Assembly: GCA_012270885.1 (NCBI GenBank)
Contig: JAAXHN010000043.1
Span: 1-56,771, forward strand
Reading direction: 5' to 3'
DNA from: Acidimicrobiia bacterium
GTDB taxonomy: Bacteria; Actinomycetota; Acidimicrobiia; Spongiisociales; ZC4RG35
DNA: 56,771 nucleotides
Part shown: positions 20,219 to 29,108 of the stretch, in pieces
Position numbering within the stretch: the first letter of the stretch is position 1
How the letters are laid out: each line of letters starts with the position of its first letter
The notes under the pieces: generated by a model
Database searches by the model: none
The model's input: the letters and a program-made list of their open reading frames with translations, nothing else
What the model was told of the DNA's origin: nothing
Position numbers and translations under genes: made by a program

Positions 20219-21082
20219 TCACTTCCTCCCGAACAGGCCCTGGGGGCGCAACAGCAGGACGACGATCATCACCACATACAGGTATCCCTGGCGGTAATAG
20301 GTGGAGACGAACTGGCCGAACAGGGCCTCGGTTATGCCCATGAACAACCCCACCGCCACGGCTCCCGCCACATTCCCCATCCCGGCCACGATCACCACCG
20401 CGAAACCGGTGATGAGCAGAGGTTGTCCCAGGTTGGGAGATGCAGACGAAACCAGGACAATCAACACTCCGGCCAGAGCCGCCAATCCGGATGCGACTAT
20501 CAGGGTGGTGTCATAGACGGCGGTGGTATTGATCCCTATCAGACGGGCGCCCAGCAGGTTCTGACCCGTGGCCCGGGTCTTCTTGCCAAGCTTGGTGAAG
20601 GTGAGCATGAGATACAGCCCCAGGACCGCCGCAAAGCACACCCCTACCAGCAGGAGGCTGGCAGTGGTTACGTACACCCCTCCCACCTGGACAATCTCAT
20701 TGAAGGGCTTCTCCACTCCCTTGGGCCCCGACCCCCACACCACAAGACTGCCATTCAGCAACATGAAACTCAGCGCCACGGTCGAGAGGATCACCACCAA
20801 CTCAGAGTGTCCCAGGAACGGGCGTACCGTGACCCGATTGACCAGAAAGCCGGCCAGAGCCATCACCACCACCACCAGCGCGGCGCCCGCGAAATAGCCC
20901 AATCCCACCAGATCGGTGACCGTGAACAACAGCATGGCGCCCAACATGGTCAACTCACCATGCGCCATGTTGATCACCCTCATGACTCCGAACACCAGGC
21001 TCAACCCGGCAGCGAATATCACGTAGATAGAGCCGTTGAGAAGACCGTTCCAGAGTTGCTGGCCGATCACGTCCCAACTCAT
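20219..21082 (-). CDS. livH: HAAT-family ABC transporter permease
   Basis: GSIY..AAGLSLVFGVMRVINMAHG, TKLGK..RA, C-terminal RPQGLFG. Confidence 0.92.
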   Translation of the reverse strand: MSWDVIGQQLWNGLLNGSIYVIFAAGLSLVFGVMRVINMAHGELTMLGAMLLFTVTDLVGLGYFAGAALVVVVMALAGFLVNRVTVRPFLGHSELVVILSTVALSFMLLNGSLVVWGSGPKGVEKPFNEIVQVGGVYVTTASLLLVGVCFAAVLGLYLMLTFTKLGKKTRATGQNLLGARLIGINTTAVYDTTLIVASGLAALAGVLIVLVSSASPNLGQPLLITGFAVVIVAGMGNVAGAVAVGLFMGITEALFGQFVSTYYRQGYLYVVMIVVLLLRPQGLFGRK

Positions 21083-21137
21083 GCACCGGACCTCACTTGA
21101 CTGCCGACCAGCCCGGGTTGAGATAACCGATTCATGG

Positions 21138-21938
21138 CTAGCCGTAGATCGGGACCCGGTTGTCGAAGCGTATCGCCGATATTTCCCCGCTGATCTTCTC
21201 TGTGAAGGACCTGAGTATCGGGCCGTAAGTGTTCTCCAGTGTTTCGATGTCGGCCCGCGTTGCCAGGGTGGCCACCCCCACGGCTCCGATCACATCGGTC
21301 CCGTGAAAGACCGGAGCGGATACAGATCTCAACCCCTCCGTCAGTTCCTGGTCGTTTAATGCGATCCCTTTGATCCGCGCCTCCTCCAGTTGCTCCCGGT
21401 AGTTATCGGCCCCGGTAACCGTGGTGATCGTCCTTGGCTCGAAGTCCATCTGGTCGAGGACCGCCTCCACGTCGTCGGGCGGCATGGCCGAGAGAATGGC
21501 CTTACCCAAAGAACTCAGATGGGCGGGGAGCCGGCTGCCCACTTGGAGGTTGATGGTGATGATGTCGTCGCGGTGACGTCTAGCCATATAGATGACCTCG
21601 GCGCCCTCCAGGACGCCGTAGTTGACGGCAGTCGCCTCCGGGAGCGCCACGCTGATCTCATCCAGGTAGGGACGGATGTGCTCCACGAACTCCCGAGATT
21701 CAACTGCCGCCACCCCCAGATTCAGGACCTTCTTGGAAGGCCGGTAGAGACGCTCGGTCCTCCTTATGTATCCCAGGTCTTCCAGGACGCCGGTGAGTCG
21801 ATAGACGCTGGCTCGGCTGATCTGGGTGCGGCGCGCGATGTCGGCCACCGAGAGCGCCGGAGCCTTCTCGTCGAAGGCAGCCAGTATCTGCAGACCCTTC
21901 GAGAGAGACCCTGGCGGATGGCTGGGAACGGCAGTCAT
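21138..21938 (-). CDS. IclR family transcriptional regulator (PcaR/PobR-like)
   Basis: SLSKGLQIL, HTH with SRASVYRL, VGSRLPAHLSSLGKAIL, DQEL..GLRSVSAPV. Confidence 0.93.
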   Translation of the reverse strand: MTAVPSHPPGSLSKGLQILAAFDEKAPALSVADIARRTQISRASVYRLTGVLEDLGYIRRTERLYRPSKKVLNLGVAAVESREFVEHIRPYLDEISVALPEATAVNYGVLEGAEVIYMARRHRDDIITINLQVGSRLPAHLSSLGKAILSAMPPDDVEAVLDQMDFEPRTITTVTGADNYREQLEEARIKGIALNDQELTEGLRSVSAPVFHGTDVIGAVGVATLATRADIETLENTYGPILRSFTEKISGEISAIRFDNRVPIYG

Positions 21939-21953
21939 CTGGGACCGCCGGGT

Positions 21954-22283
21954 CTATTCAACACCGAACTCGTCCTCCTCGACGATCACGAACACCGAGT
22001 CCTGGGTCTTGGTGCCCATGAAATTCTTCTCGTCGGCCAGAAGCGTGGCGTACTCGGGTGAGTCGGCCGTGGCCAGGAAGTCCTCCACGCTGTCATACCA
22101 CACCTCGGCCACCCCGTCGCAGGGCGCGACCCGCCCGGGAACCTCCAGAGGTCGACATTGAACGTACCGGCGGACCTTGGGCATGGCCAGCACCAGAGGT
22201 GCATGCACGTTCTTCCAATGTTCATGAAATTGCTGGCTGGTCATGTCGGATCTTCTGTTCAGCAGGGTCACCGTCTTGATCAT
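21954..22283 (-). CDS. EthD family protein (dimeric alpha/beta barrel)
   Basis: F.EHW..VHAPL, RYVQ, DGVAEVWYDS, DEKNF. Confidence 0.88.
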   Translation of the reverse strand: MIKTVTLLNRRSDMTSQQFHEHWKNVHAPLVLAMPKVRRYVQCRPLEVPGRVAPCDGVAEVWYDSVEDFLATADSPEYATLLADEKNFMGTKTQDSVFVIVEEDEFGVE

Positions 22284-22341
22284 CTTCCACTCCTCCTACG
22301 GGCGCGGCGATCAACGGGCGGATGTTGTGGGAAGCAGGTCA

Positions 22342-22740
22342 TCAGTCGTCGTCCACCACCGCCACTGCCTCTATGTCGATCAGGGCGTGGTGAATCAACT
22401 CCGCCACCACCACCGACACCCGGGCAGGCTGTCGGTCGGGGAAGTACCGCGCATAAATCGGCTCGTACCGGTGGTAATGGTCGTGATCGACCAGGTACAC
22501 CCGGGTCAGTACCACATCGCTCATCTTGGCGCCGGCGCGCTCCAGGGCCACCTTGAGGTTCTCGAGAGCCAGTTCCGCCTGCTCCTCCAAGGTCTTCCCA
22601 AGTACTCCGGTGGTCTTGTCCCAGCCCAACTGCCCGGTCACCCAGAGAGTGTTGCCCGCCCGCACCACGTCATTCCACCGACTCTTCGACCCGATGGCCC
22701 GGAAGAGTTCCTCCTCAACCGGTACGAATACTCTCTCCAC
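22342..22740 (-). CDS. RidA/YjgF family imine deaminase-like protein
   Basis: VTGQ, QA..ALENLK..L, PAR (catalytic Arg), IEAVA; AAAGGAGG SD upstream. Confidence 0.9.
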   Translation of the reverse strand: MERVFVPVEEELFRAIGSKSRWNDVVRAGNTLWVTGQLGWDKTTGVLGKTLEEQAELALENLKVALERAGAKMSDVVLTRVYLVDHDHYHRYEPIYARYFPDRQPARVSVVVAELIHHALIDIEAVAVVDDD

Positions 22741-22771
22741 TCGCTTGGGCGCCTCCTTTCTCGGTCAATAG

Positions 22772-22816
22772 GATGTATCGGCCTGGCCCCGGGTGAGGGG
22801 CGCAGACCGATACATC
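22772..22816 (-). terminator. Long intercistronic hairpin downstream of the SBP gene (attenuator or mRNA stabiliser)
   Basis: GATGTATCGG...CCGATACATC arms plus inner CTG/CAG and GCCCC/GGGGC pairs. The one mismatch is a G-U pair on the minus (sense) strand. Confidence 0.65.
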
Positions 22817-22839
22817 AAGTAGTTATGGGAGAGTTGCGT

Positions 22840-24090
22840 CTACCCGGCCAACGGAACGGCGTCCACGGGATGCAGTTCACCACCGGTTGACTGGATGATG
22901 ATCCAGTCGTCAACCAGTCGGAGTCCCTTCTCGTTGAAGCGCAAGGGCTTGCCGCGAGGAGTGACGAACCCATGCTCGTCATTCATCAGGGGAGCAACGG
23001 CCGAATGGTCGGTCGTTCCTGCCGCCTCGATCGCCGCGATCAACTGCAGGGCCGCGGTGTAGCCCAGTTCGGACCACCAGTCGGGTGCATGGCCGAACTC
23101 GGCTTCATATGCCTCGGAGAAGGCTGCCGCTTCGGGGATCGACTCGTCCAGAATCCACCCGGTGGAACTGTAAATGCCTTCGGAGAGATCACCCAGGGCT
23201 TCCACTTCCGGCGGCGTGTACACAACCTCGTTGACCATGATGTCACCCTCATAGCCGATCTCACGGGCGGCCTGGACGGCGTTCACGACCACGTCCTTAC
23301 CCCACAGACCGAGATACAGCAGGTCCGGATCGTTACCGACGCCCTTGGTCACTTCGACCCGGGCTTCGGCGGTCCCGTAGGGGAAGTACACCATGCCGGT
23401 GTACTCGAAGTCCGCCCCGGCCTCTTCGTCGAAGATACGGGTGAACTCATCATGGGTGAGACGCACCCAGTCGGAGTCGACGCCCACACCCTGGACCCGC
23501 TTGTAACCCTGGGAGATCATCCAGCGGGCCAGCACCGACAACGCGTTGCTGTCGGATTGGCTCTGCTTGACAGGAGCGCGGATGTGCACCACACCCTCGT
23601 ATCCCTCTTCGGTTATCAACTCTGACCCGCATGCGGTCACAACCAATGGCATGCTGACCTCGGCCGTGACGTCCTTCATCGCCACGCAGGTGGTGGCGTC
23701 GTTGCCGCCGGCCACTCCGGCCACGCCGTCGGCGATCGCCTTTCTCGCCGATGCCACCGACTCGTCGGCCGAGTAGCCCTCGTCGTAGTGGATTACTTCG
23801 ATCTGGCTTCCCAGTAGTCCTCCGGCCGCGTTCTTTTGCATCACGGCCAACTCGAACCCGTTACGCATGATGTCGCCCAGGCCGCTTGCCACCCCGGAGT
23901 TGAACCAGATGGTGCCCAGCTTGATGGGCTCCGCCGGTTCGGGAGCGGCGGTGGTGGTTGGGGCCGCAGTGGTGGTGGGAGCTGCCGTGGTCTCGGCCGC
24001 TTCTTCTTCTCCGTCACCACAGGCGGTGGCGACGAGAGCCAGGACGGACAGCACTACCAATACTCGTACCCAAGATCTACGTTTACTCAT
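22840..24090 (-). CDS. HAAT-family (LivJ/K-like) ABC substrate-binding lipoprotein
   Basis: Lipobox ATAC, IKLG, NAAGGLLG.QIEVI..D. Start at ATG 24090 with a GGAAGGAG SD; the ORF-track start is 24138. Confidence 0.9.
   Translation of the reverse strand: MSKRRSWVRVLVVLSVLALVATACGDGEEEAAETTAAPTTTAAPTTTAAPEPAEPIKLGTIWFNSGVASGLGDIMRNGFELAVMQKNAAGGLLGSQIEVIHYDEGYSADESVASARKAIADGVAGVAGGNDATTCVAMKDVTAEVSMPLVVTACGSELITEEGYEGVVHIRAPVKQSQSDSNALSVLARWMISQGYKRVQGVGVDSDWVRLTHDEFTRIFDEEAGADFEYTGMVYFPYGTAEARVEVTKGVGNDPDLLYLGLWGKDVVVNAVQAAREIGYEGDIMVNEVVYTPPEVEALGDLSEGIYSSTGWILDESIPEAAAFSEAYEAEFGHAPDWWSELGYTAALQLIAAIEAAGTTDHSAVAPLMNDEHGFVTPRGKPLRFNEKGLRLVDDWIIIQSTGGELHPVDAVPLAG
23942..23995 (-). repeat. 3 x 18-bp imperfect tandem repeat encoding a (E/T)TTAAP linker
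   Basis: Protein reads ETTAAPTTTAAPTTTAAP. Confidence 0.85.
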
Positions 24091-24244
24091 ATACCTGCCT
24101 TCTCCTTCCGGACCCATGCCACCAAAGGGGATGGACATAGGGTCACGCTGCTCTTCTCGTTCTCAGTCAATCTCGAAGGAAATGCCCCACCTGACGCTTC
24201 CAGGCGGGACACTCTCATCGAAATGCCCGTTTACCGGAATCTCT

Positions 24245-24259
24245 ATCCGATATACGGAC
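24245..24259. promoter_or_regulatory. Putative IclR-family operator
   Basis: Palindrome TCCG-ATATA-CGGA (minus strand GTCCGTATATCGGAT) resembles the GTNCG-N5-CGNAC IclR/PcaR/PobR motif. It lies about 155 bp upstream of the first operon gene. Confidence 0.6.
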
Positions 24260-24419
24260 GCTAGTAACCGCGGACGGTCCGCGTCCAGAAATCGGAGAGT
24301 TAATTTTCGGGAACCTATCCGAACGGGTTCAACTCACGTGATGCCCACGGTCGGCCGCTCGCTCCGAGGGAGACCCGATCGGCCGTGAAGCCCTCATCCG
24401 GGCAGCCGGGGCGTGGGAC

Positions 24420-24839
24420 TCAGCGAACCTGGTCCAGGTTTTGGAGGCGCAACCGACCCTGAGCAACCATCTTCCCATCCGAGGCCCGGGTTATCGTGAC
24501 CTGCCAGATCTGTTGACTCCGCCCCTGGTGGACTGGCACGGCTTCCCCATCCAGGCGCCCCAGACGATGGGAACGGCAGAAATCAGTGGCGTTGTGGACG
24601 CCGACCGCCGCCAGCATGCCCTGCTCCTGGGCCCACATGAAGGCGCCCACCGAGGCCAATGTCTCCACCATGGTGGTGTGCAGTCCGGCGTTCACCATAC
24701 CGAACGGTTGATGGTGCTCTTCCCCCACTTCAACATGCCCGCGCACCCTCGATGAGGACGACGCGTCGAGAACGATGCCCACCATCTCGGCGAACCCACC
24801 GCCCACCCCCAATGCCACAGGATCTATCACGACCCCCAA
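24420..24839 (-). CDS. PaaI family hot-dog thioesterase
   Basis: HHQPFGMVNAG...ETLASVGA, HQGRSQQIWQV. Confidence 0.88.
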   Translation of the reverse strand: MGVVIDPVALGVGGGFAEMVGIVLDASSSSRVRGHVEVGEEHHQPFGMVNAGLHTTMVETLASVGAFMWAQEQGMLAAVGVHNATDFCRSHRLGRLDGEAVPVHQGRSQQIWQVTITRASDGKMVAQGRLRLQNLDQVR

Positions 24840-24855
24840 CTTTACCGGCGATCTC

Positions 24856-26001
24856 CTATCTACCAGTCGCCCATTCCTTCAAGCGCCGGACTGCTTCAGC
24901 GATGTCTGCGGTGGACTCCGAGTAGGAGAAGCGAACCCAACGATCTCCGTGCTGCGGGTCAAAATCTATTCCCGGAGTGGCCGCCACGCCTATCTCCTCC
25001 AGCCACCGACCGCACAGGGTTGGAGAGTCCATGCCCAGATGGGAGACATCGGCGTAGACATAGAACGCCCCATCCGGTGGAGCGATCCGCGTAATGCCGG
25101 CCTCAGCCAACCCTGCCACCAAAACCCCACGGCGTTCGGCGTACGCGGCAACGTTGGCATCCAATTCCTCGGTACAGTCGAACGCCTCCAAAGCGCCTAG
25201 CTGTGAGATCGTGGGCGGGGCGATGAACAGGTTCTGAGCCAATCGCTCCAGCGGGCGGAACATCTCGGGCGGTACCACCAGCCACCCCAGCCGCCAGCCA
25301 GTCATCGAAAAGTATTTGGAGAAGCTCTGAACCACCACCGCCGAATCGCTGAAATGCAGTGCGCTCGCTGCCCGTTCCCCATACTCGATCCCGTGATAGA
25401 TCTCATCGGAGATCAGGACAGCCCCTGAATTCGAGCAGAATTCCGCAACTGCCCTCATCTCGGCGGCTGTCAGCGTGACGCCGGTGGGATTGGAGGGACT
25501 CGCCACCACCAGTCCGTCCAGCGGACCGGCCCTCTCCAGACGCTCCACCGAAGGAACGAAACGGGTTTCGGCATCCACTGTGACTTCCACCAGGTCCAAC
25601 CCCAGGGCGGTGAGAACATTGCGGTAGGCCGAGTAGCCGGGAACGGTCATGGCTACCCGGTCACCGGGATCGAACAAAGCCAAGCAGACCAGCACAAAGC
25701 CGGCGGAGGCCCCGATAGTCATCACCACCCGATCGGGCGAAACATCCAGTCCGTATCGCTCACCGTAGAACCGCCCGATCCTCTCTCGGAGGGCCACCAG
25801 CCCGGTAGCAGCCGTGTAACCGAGGCGGTCGGTCGTCAATCCCCTCCGGGCCGCCTCCAGCACCCGGGAGGCAGCGGGCGTCATAGGCTGACCCACCTCC
25901 AAATGGAGAACATCGCCGCCCGACACCTCCCTTGAAGCGGCGGCCTTCATCACCTCCATCACATAGAAGGGAGGCACCTGAGAGCGGAGAGACTCCTTCA
26001 C
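24856..26001 (-). CDS. Class I/II PLP aminotransferase (aspartate aminotransferase-like)
   Basis: [36 protein letters not shown]. Start set at GTG 26001 after GGAGAAG. Confidence 0.93.
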   Translation of the reverse strand: MKESLRSQVPPFYVMEVMKAAASREVSGGDVLHLEVGQPMTPAASRVLEAARRGLTTDRLGYTAATGLVALRERIGRFYGERYGLDVSPDRVVMTIGASAGFVLVCLALFDPGDRVAMTVPGYSAYRNVLTALGLDLVEVTVDAETRFVPSVERLERAGPLDGLVVASPSNPTGVTLTAAEMRAVAEFCSNSGAVLISDEIYHGIEYGERAASALHFSDSAVVVQSFSKYFSMTGWRLGWLVVPPEMFRPLERLAQNLFIAPPTISQLGALEAFDCTEELDANVAAYAERRGVLVAGLAEAGITRIAPPDGAFYVYADVSHLGMDSPTLCGRWLEEIGVAATPGIDFDPQHGDRWVRFSYSESTADIAEAVRRLKEWATGR

Positions 26002-26014
26002 CGCTTCTCCGGCT

Positions 26015-26677
26015 CTATCCGGCCGCGGGCCGAGTTTCCGCAGGAGTGCAGTAGGAGACGCCGGTTCCGCCCAGTCCGCAGTAGCCCCAGGGGTTTTTGG
26101 CCAGATACTGCTGGTGGTAATCCTCCGCGTAGTAGAAGGGCTTGTCCACCCCGATCTCGGTGGTGATCCGGTCGTAACCGTTCTTATACAACTGCCTCTG
26201 ATAAGCCTCCAGGCTTGCCCAGACCACCGGCAAATTCTCCTCGCCGCGGACATACACCGCCGAGCGGTATTGGGTGCCGAAATCATTACCCTGCCTCATC
26301 CCCTGGGTGGGATCATGTCCCTCCCAAAAAACCTGCATCAGTCGATCGAGGCTGATTTCCCCAGGCCTGAATACAACCTGCACCACTTCGGTGTGTCCGG
26401 TCATACCCGAACAGACCTCCTCATAGGTCGGGTTGGGAGTCAGTCCTCCCGCGTATCCAGCCGCTGTGGAATACACCCCTTGGGTCTGCCATAACATTCG
26501 CTCCGCCCCCCAAAAGCACCCCATACCGAACCAGATGATTTCGGTGTCCTCGGGAAATGGAAGAACGATCCGCGCTCGGGAAACTTCATGCAATTCCGGT
26601 ACTGAGAGCGGACTCTGCCGACCGGGTAAAACCTGACTATCATCAGGAAAAGTGCTGGGCTTTTTGCGCCATGACAT
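26015..26677 (-). CDS. msrA: Peptide methionine sulfoxide reductase A
   Basis: [48 protein letters not shown]. Confidence 0.97.
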   Translation of the reverse strand: MSWRKKPSTFPDDSQVLPGRQSPLSVPELHEVSRARIVLPFPEDTEIIWFGMGCFWGAERMLWQTQGVYSTAAGYAGGLTPNPTYEEVCSGMTGHTEVVQVVFRPGEISLDRLMQVFWEGHDPTQGMRQGNDFGTQYRSAVYVRGEENLPVVWASLEAYQRQLYKNGYDRITTEIGVDKPFYYAEDYHQQYLAKNPWGYCGLGGTGVSYCTPAETRPAAG

Positions 26678-26738
26678 GTGCCCTGAGGCTACCAAACACC
26701 CGCGCTCAGTACAACTGCTATCTATGTCGGAGAGGCAA

Positions 26739-28823
26739 TCAACCTAAAGCGCCAAACCACCTGTCATGAAGTTTCTGATAAACGCCGCTTTCTATTAGGT
26801 CCAAAAGGGCGAGATTCAGTTGCTCCCGCAGCTCGTAATCGTTCTCGTTGATGGCCAGCCCGTATTGGAGCTTCTCGAAGAGGGGTCCGAACGTGGCCAC
26901 CCCGCCGGCTCCCTCATGGGCGGCGTGATAACGAAGAACCGGAGCGTCGAACACGACCGCCTCGACCTCGCCCTGTTCCAGCAAAGCGTAGGCGTCATCG
27001 ATCTCGTCCACCAGCACCGGACCGACCCCGAGGGTAGAGAGATAAGCCTCCCCTGCCGAGCGAGAGACTGTCGCTACTCGGTGGCCGGGCAGGTCGGCGG
27101 GTCCCGAAATCTCACTCCGCAGTTCGTTGACCGCCAGGGAAGAGGCGATGGAGGCGGTAAAACTGGCGAACACCAGGGTCCCCAATGCAATCCACACCAA
27201 GGCGAACATTCGCCCCCATCCTCCCCGGGCCACTTTGTCGCCATATCCAACCGTGCTCATAGTCACCACCGACCAATAGAAAGAGTCCCATATCCCCTGA
27301 CGGTAAGGCATGGCGAAATCGGGGTTGTGACGGCGTTCCAGCCACCAGATTACATGGGCGGACACCAGCACTACCACACCGAACAAAACCAGCAGCCAGG
27401 GCAGATCGGAGGAGACGATTGCCTCGAAGAAAATAGCGATCCGATCACCAAAACCTCGCGAAGCCTGCGTTGGCGCCAGGATAGTCAATCCTGTATCCAA
27501 CACAGGTAAGGAAAAGTCGACCTCATGTTCACGGGACTCGGTAATCGCCACCCCTCCCAGCGCCACGCTGGCGACGCCGCGGTTGATGTCATCGATCTGC
27601 TTGGCCACCGTGTCCACCGCGTAGAAGTCCACCTCCATTCCCAGGCGAGCGGCGAGAAGACGCGCCAACTCCACGTCGAATCCGCTGTAGGAGCGGTCGT
27701 CATAAATCACGAATGGTGGAAGGATGCGGGCGGCCACCGCCAGCCTACCCCCGGGTGCCGAGACAGCTCCACCGGCGTCCTCCAACCCTACGGCTTCCGG
27801 GTCCGCCAACTCTATCCAACCCTCCACGACGGCCTGATTGGCGTCCACCCATTCTTGGGCGTGGCGGCGGATGTCCTCGGGATCCCCCTCGTCGGCCACC
27901 ATCAGGGCGTTCTGCGCAGAGATGTCCCCCAGGGGTATCGCCACCTGCTCCAGGAGCCTCCGGATGGAAGGATTGGCTTCCAGGAACCGAGTGTTGGCGA
28001 CAACCCGTATGTCATTGGGAGGCCAGCCGACCTGGCAGGGATCGCTGGCGCATCCCGGGATCCCGGCGATGGAGGTCCGGTCCAGGTAGGCAGCCTGCTC
28101 CACGGGCAACGAAGGGAAAGGCGTCTCGAGCCAGACCACGTCCCGACCCGGCTGCAACTCGCCAACCGTCCAGTTGGGCGTCCATGTGTAGTAGAGGACC
28201 GGCTGCCCGGATCGATACCGATCGAATGTCGCCCTGATCGAGGGGGAGTAGGCGCCTTGAACCTGTTCAACCGTCTCGCCCAACCCATAGACCTCCAGGT
28301 GGTGTTCTATGATCGCGGCGCATCCCCACGAGGGTTCGCACCCGATCAGGTCGGCCAATCCGTCCCCATCCTCATCGAACAGCGCGGCGAGTTCGGGGCT
28401 GGCCAAGTCACCGAGACTGGTGATCCCGTGAGCCTCCGCGGTCGCCTTGTCCGCGAAGTATCCCTGCAACGCGCCATCGTCCACCTGGATTCCCACCAAT
28501 TCCACTTGGCCCTCTTGAAGAAAGGCGTCCTGGGTCGGGAACCACCCGTTCGCCCACAGGTCCACGTCGCCGACCGCTACGGCTTCGTAGAACTCGTCAT
28601 TGTCCATGGTGACAGGTCCCTCAACCTGATATCCGAGCCGCTGGATCAACAGACGGTAGACCTCGGCTTGGAACCAGCCGGTGTCCCAGGTAGCCCGCGC
28701 CATTCGCACCGGTTGGCTCTCGGCGCCTCCGTCCTCAGGCTGGGCCAGCGCCACTCCAGCCACTACCGGAGAAATCAGCAGGATCAACAGCATTCCCAAG
28801 ACAGTTGTGGAGACTCTGCGCAT
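26739..28823 (-). CDS. Fusion protein: ProX-type glycine betaine-binding domain + GluR0-like ligand-gated K+ channel (S1-M1-P-M2-S2)
   Basis: Signal peptide. ProX motifs ANGWFP, ADLIGC..SWGC, WTPNW. SBP family 3 lobe PPFV..GFDVEL..ITESRE..DFS, then a TM helix, pore helix and TVGYGD filter (27237-27254), a second TM helix, and the second lobe FDAP..YGLA..WFG. Confidence 0.9.
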   Translation of the reverse strand: MRRVSTTVLGMLLILLISPVVAGVALAQPEDGGAESQPVRMARATWDTGWFQAEVYRLLIQRLGYQVEGPVTMDNDEFYEAVAVGDVDLWANGWFPTQDAFLQEGQVELVGIQVDDGALQGYFADKATAEAHGITSLGDLASPELAALFDEDGDGLADLIGCEPSWGCAAIIEHHLEVYGLGETVEQVQGAYSPSIRATFDRYRSGQPVLYYTWTPNWTVGELQPGRDVVWLETPFPSLPVEQAAYLDRTSIAGIPGCASDPCQVGWPPNDIRVVANTRFLEANPSIRRLLEQVAIPLGDISAQNALMVADEGDPEDIRRHAQEWVDANQAVVEGWIELADPEAVGLEDAGGAVSAPGGRLAVAARILPPFVIYDDRSYSGFDVELARLLAARLGMEVDFYAVDTVAKQIDDINRGVASVALGGVAITESREHEVDFSLPVLDTGLTILAPTQASRGFGDRIAIFFEAIVSSDLPWLLVLFGVVVLVSAHVIWWLERRHNPDFAMPYRQGIWDSFYWSVVTMSTVGYGDKVARGGWGRMFALVWIALGTLVFASFTASIASSLAVNELRSEISGPADLPGHRVATVSRSAGEAYLSTLGVGPVLVDEIDDAYALLEQGEVEAVVFDAPVLRYHAAHEGAGGVATFGPLFEKLQYGLAINENDYELREQLNLALLDLIESGVYQKLHDRWFGALG

Positions 28824-29108
28824 GAAAGTTGTCCGGGTCGGCTGGGCCGAAGGCTAGCAAAGAGATGTAGAGGTCCTTGCTCAATCCTGCCTTGGGGTGT
28901 TCCACCAGGTGAAATAAAAAAGAGAGTCACCGATTTCACGACGCGTTCAAGGGTTTTTGGCTAGGGTCAACAACACCGCTATTTAGTAACGTCGTGTCAA
29001 AAACACGGAAAGGAGTGGCTGACCAGATATCGGCACGACCAAGAAACATAGGCCCGCCTAAATGAGGAAAGGAGGCGAAGATGGCCTTACAAGTAGAAAG
29101 GAGAGGCT

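Noticed and set aside
28930-29080. Possible c-di-GMP or c-di-AMP riboswitch upstream of the BCCT
   Set aside because: Only a GAAA-containing short stem is visible and the conserved cores do not match by eye. An Rfam scan would be needed.
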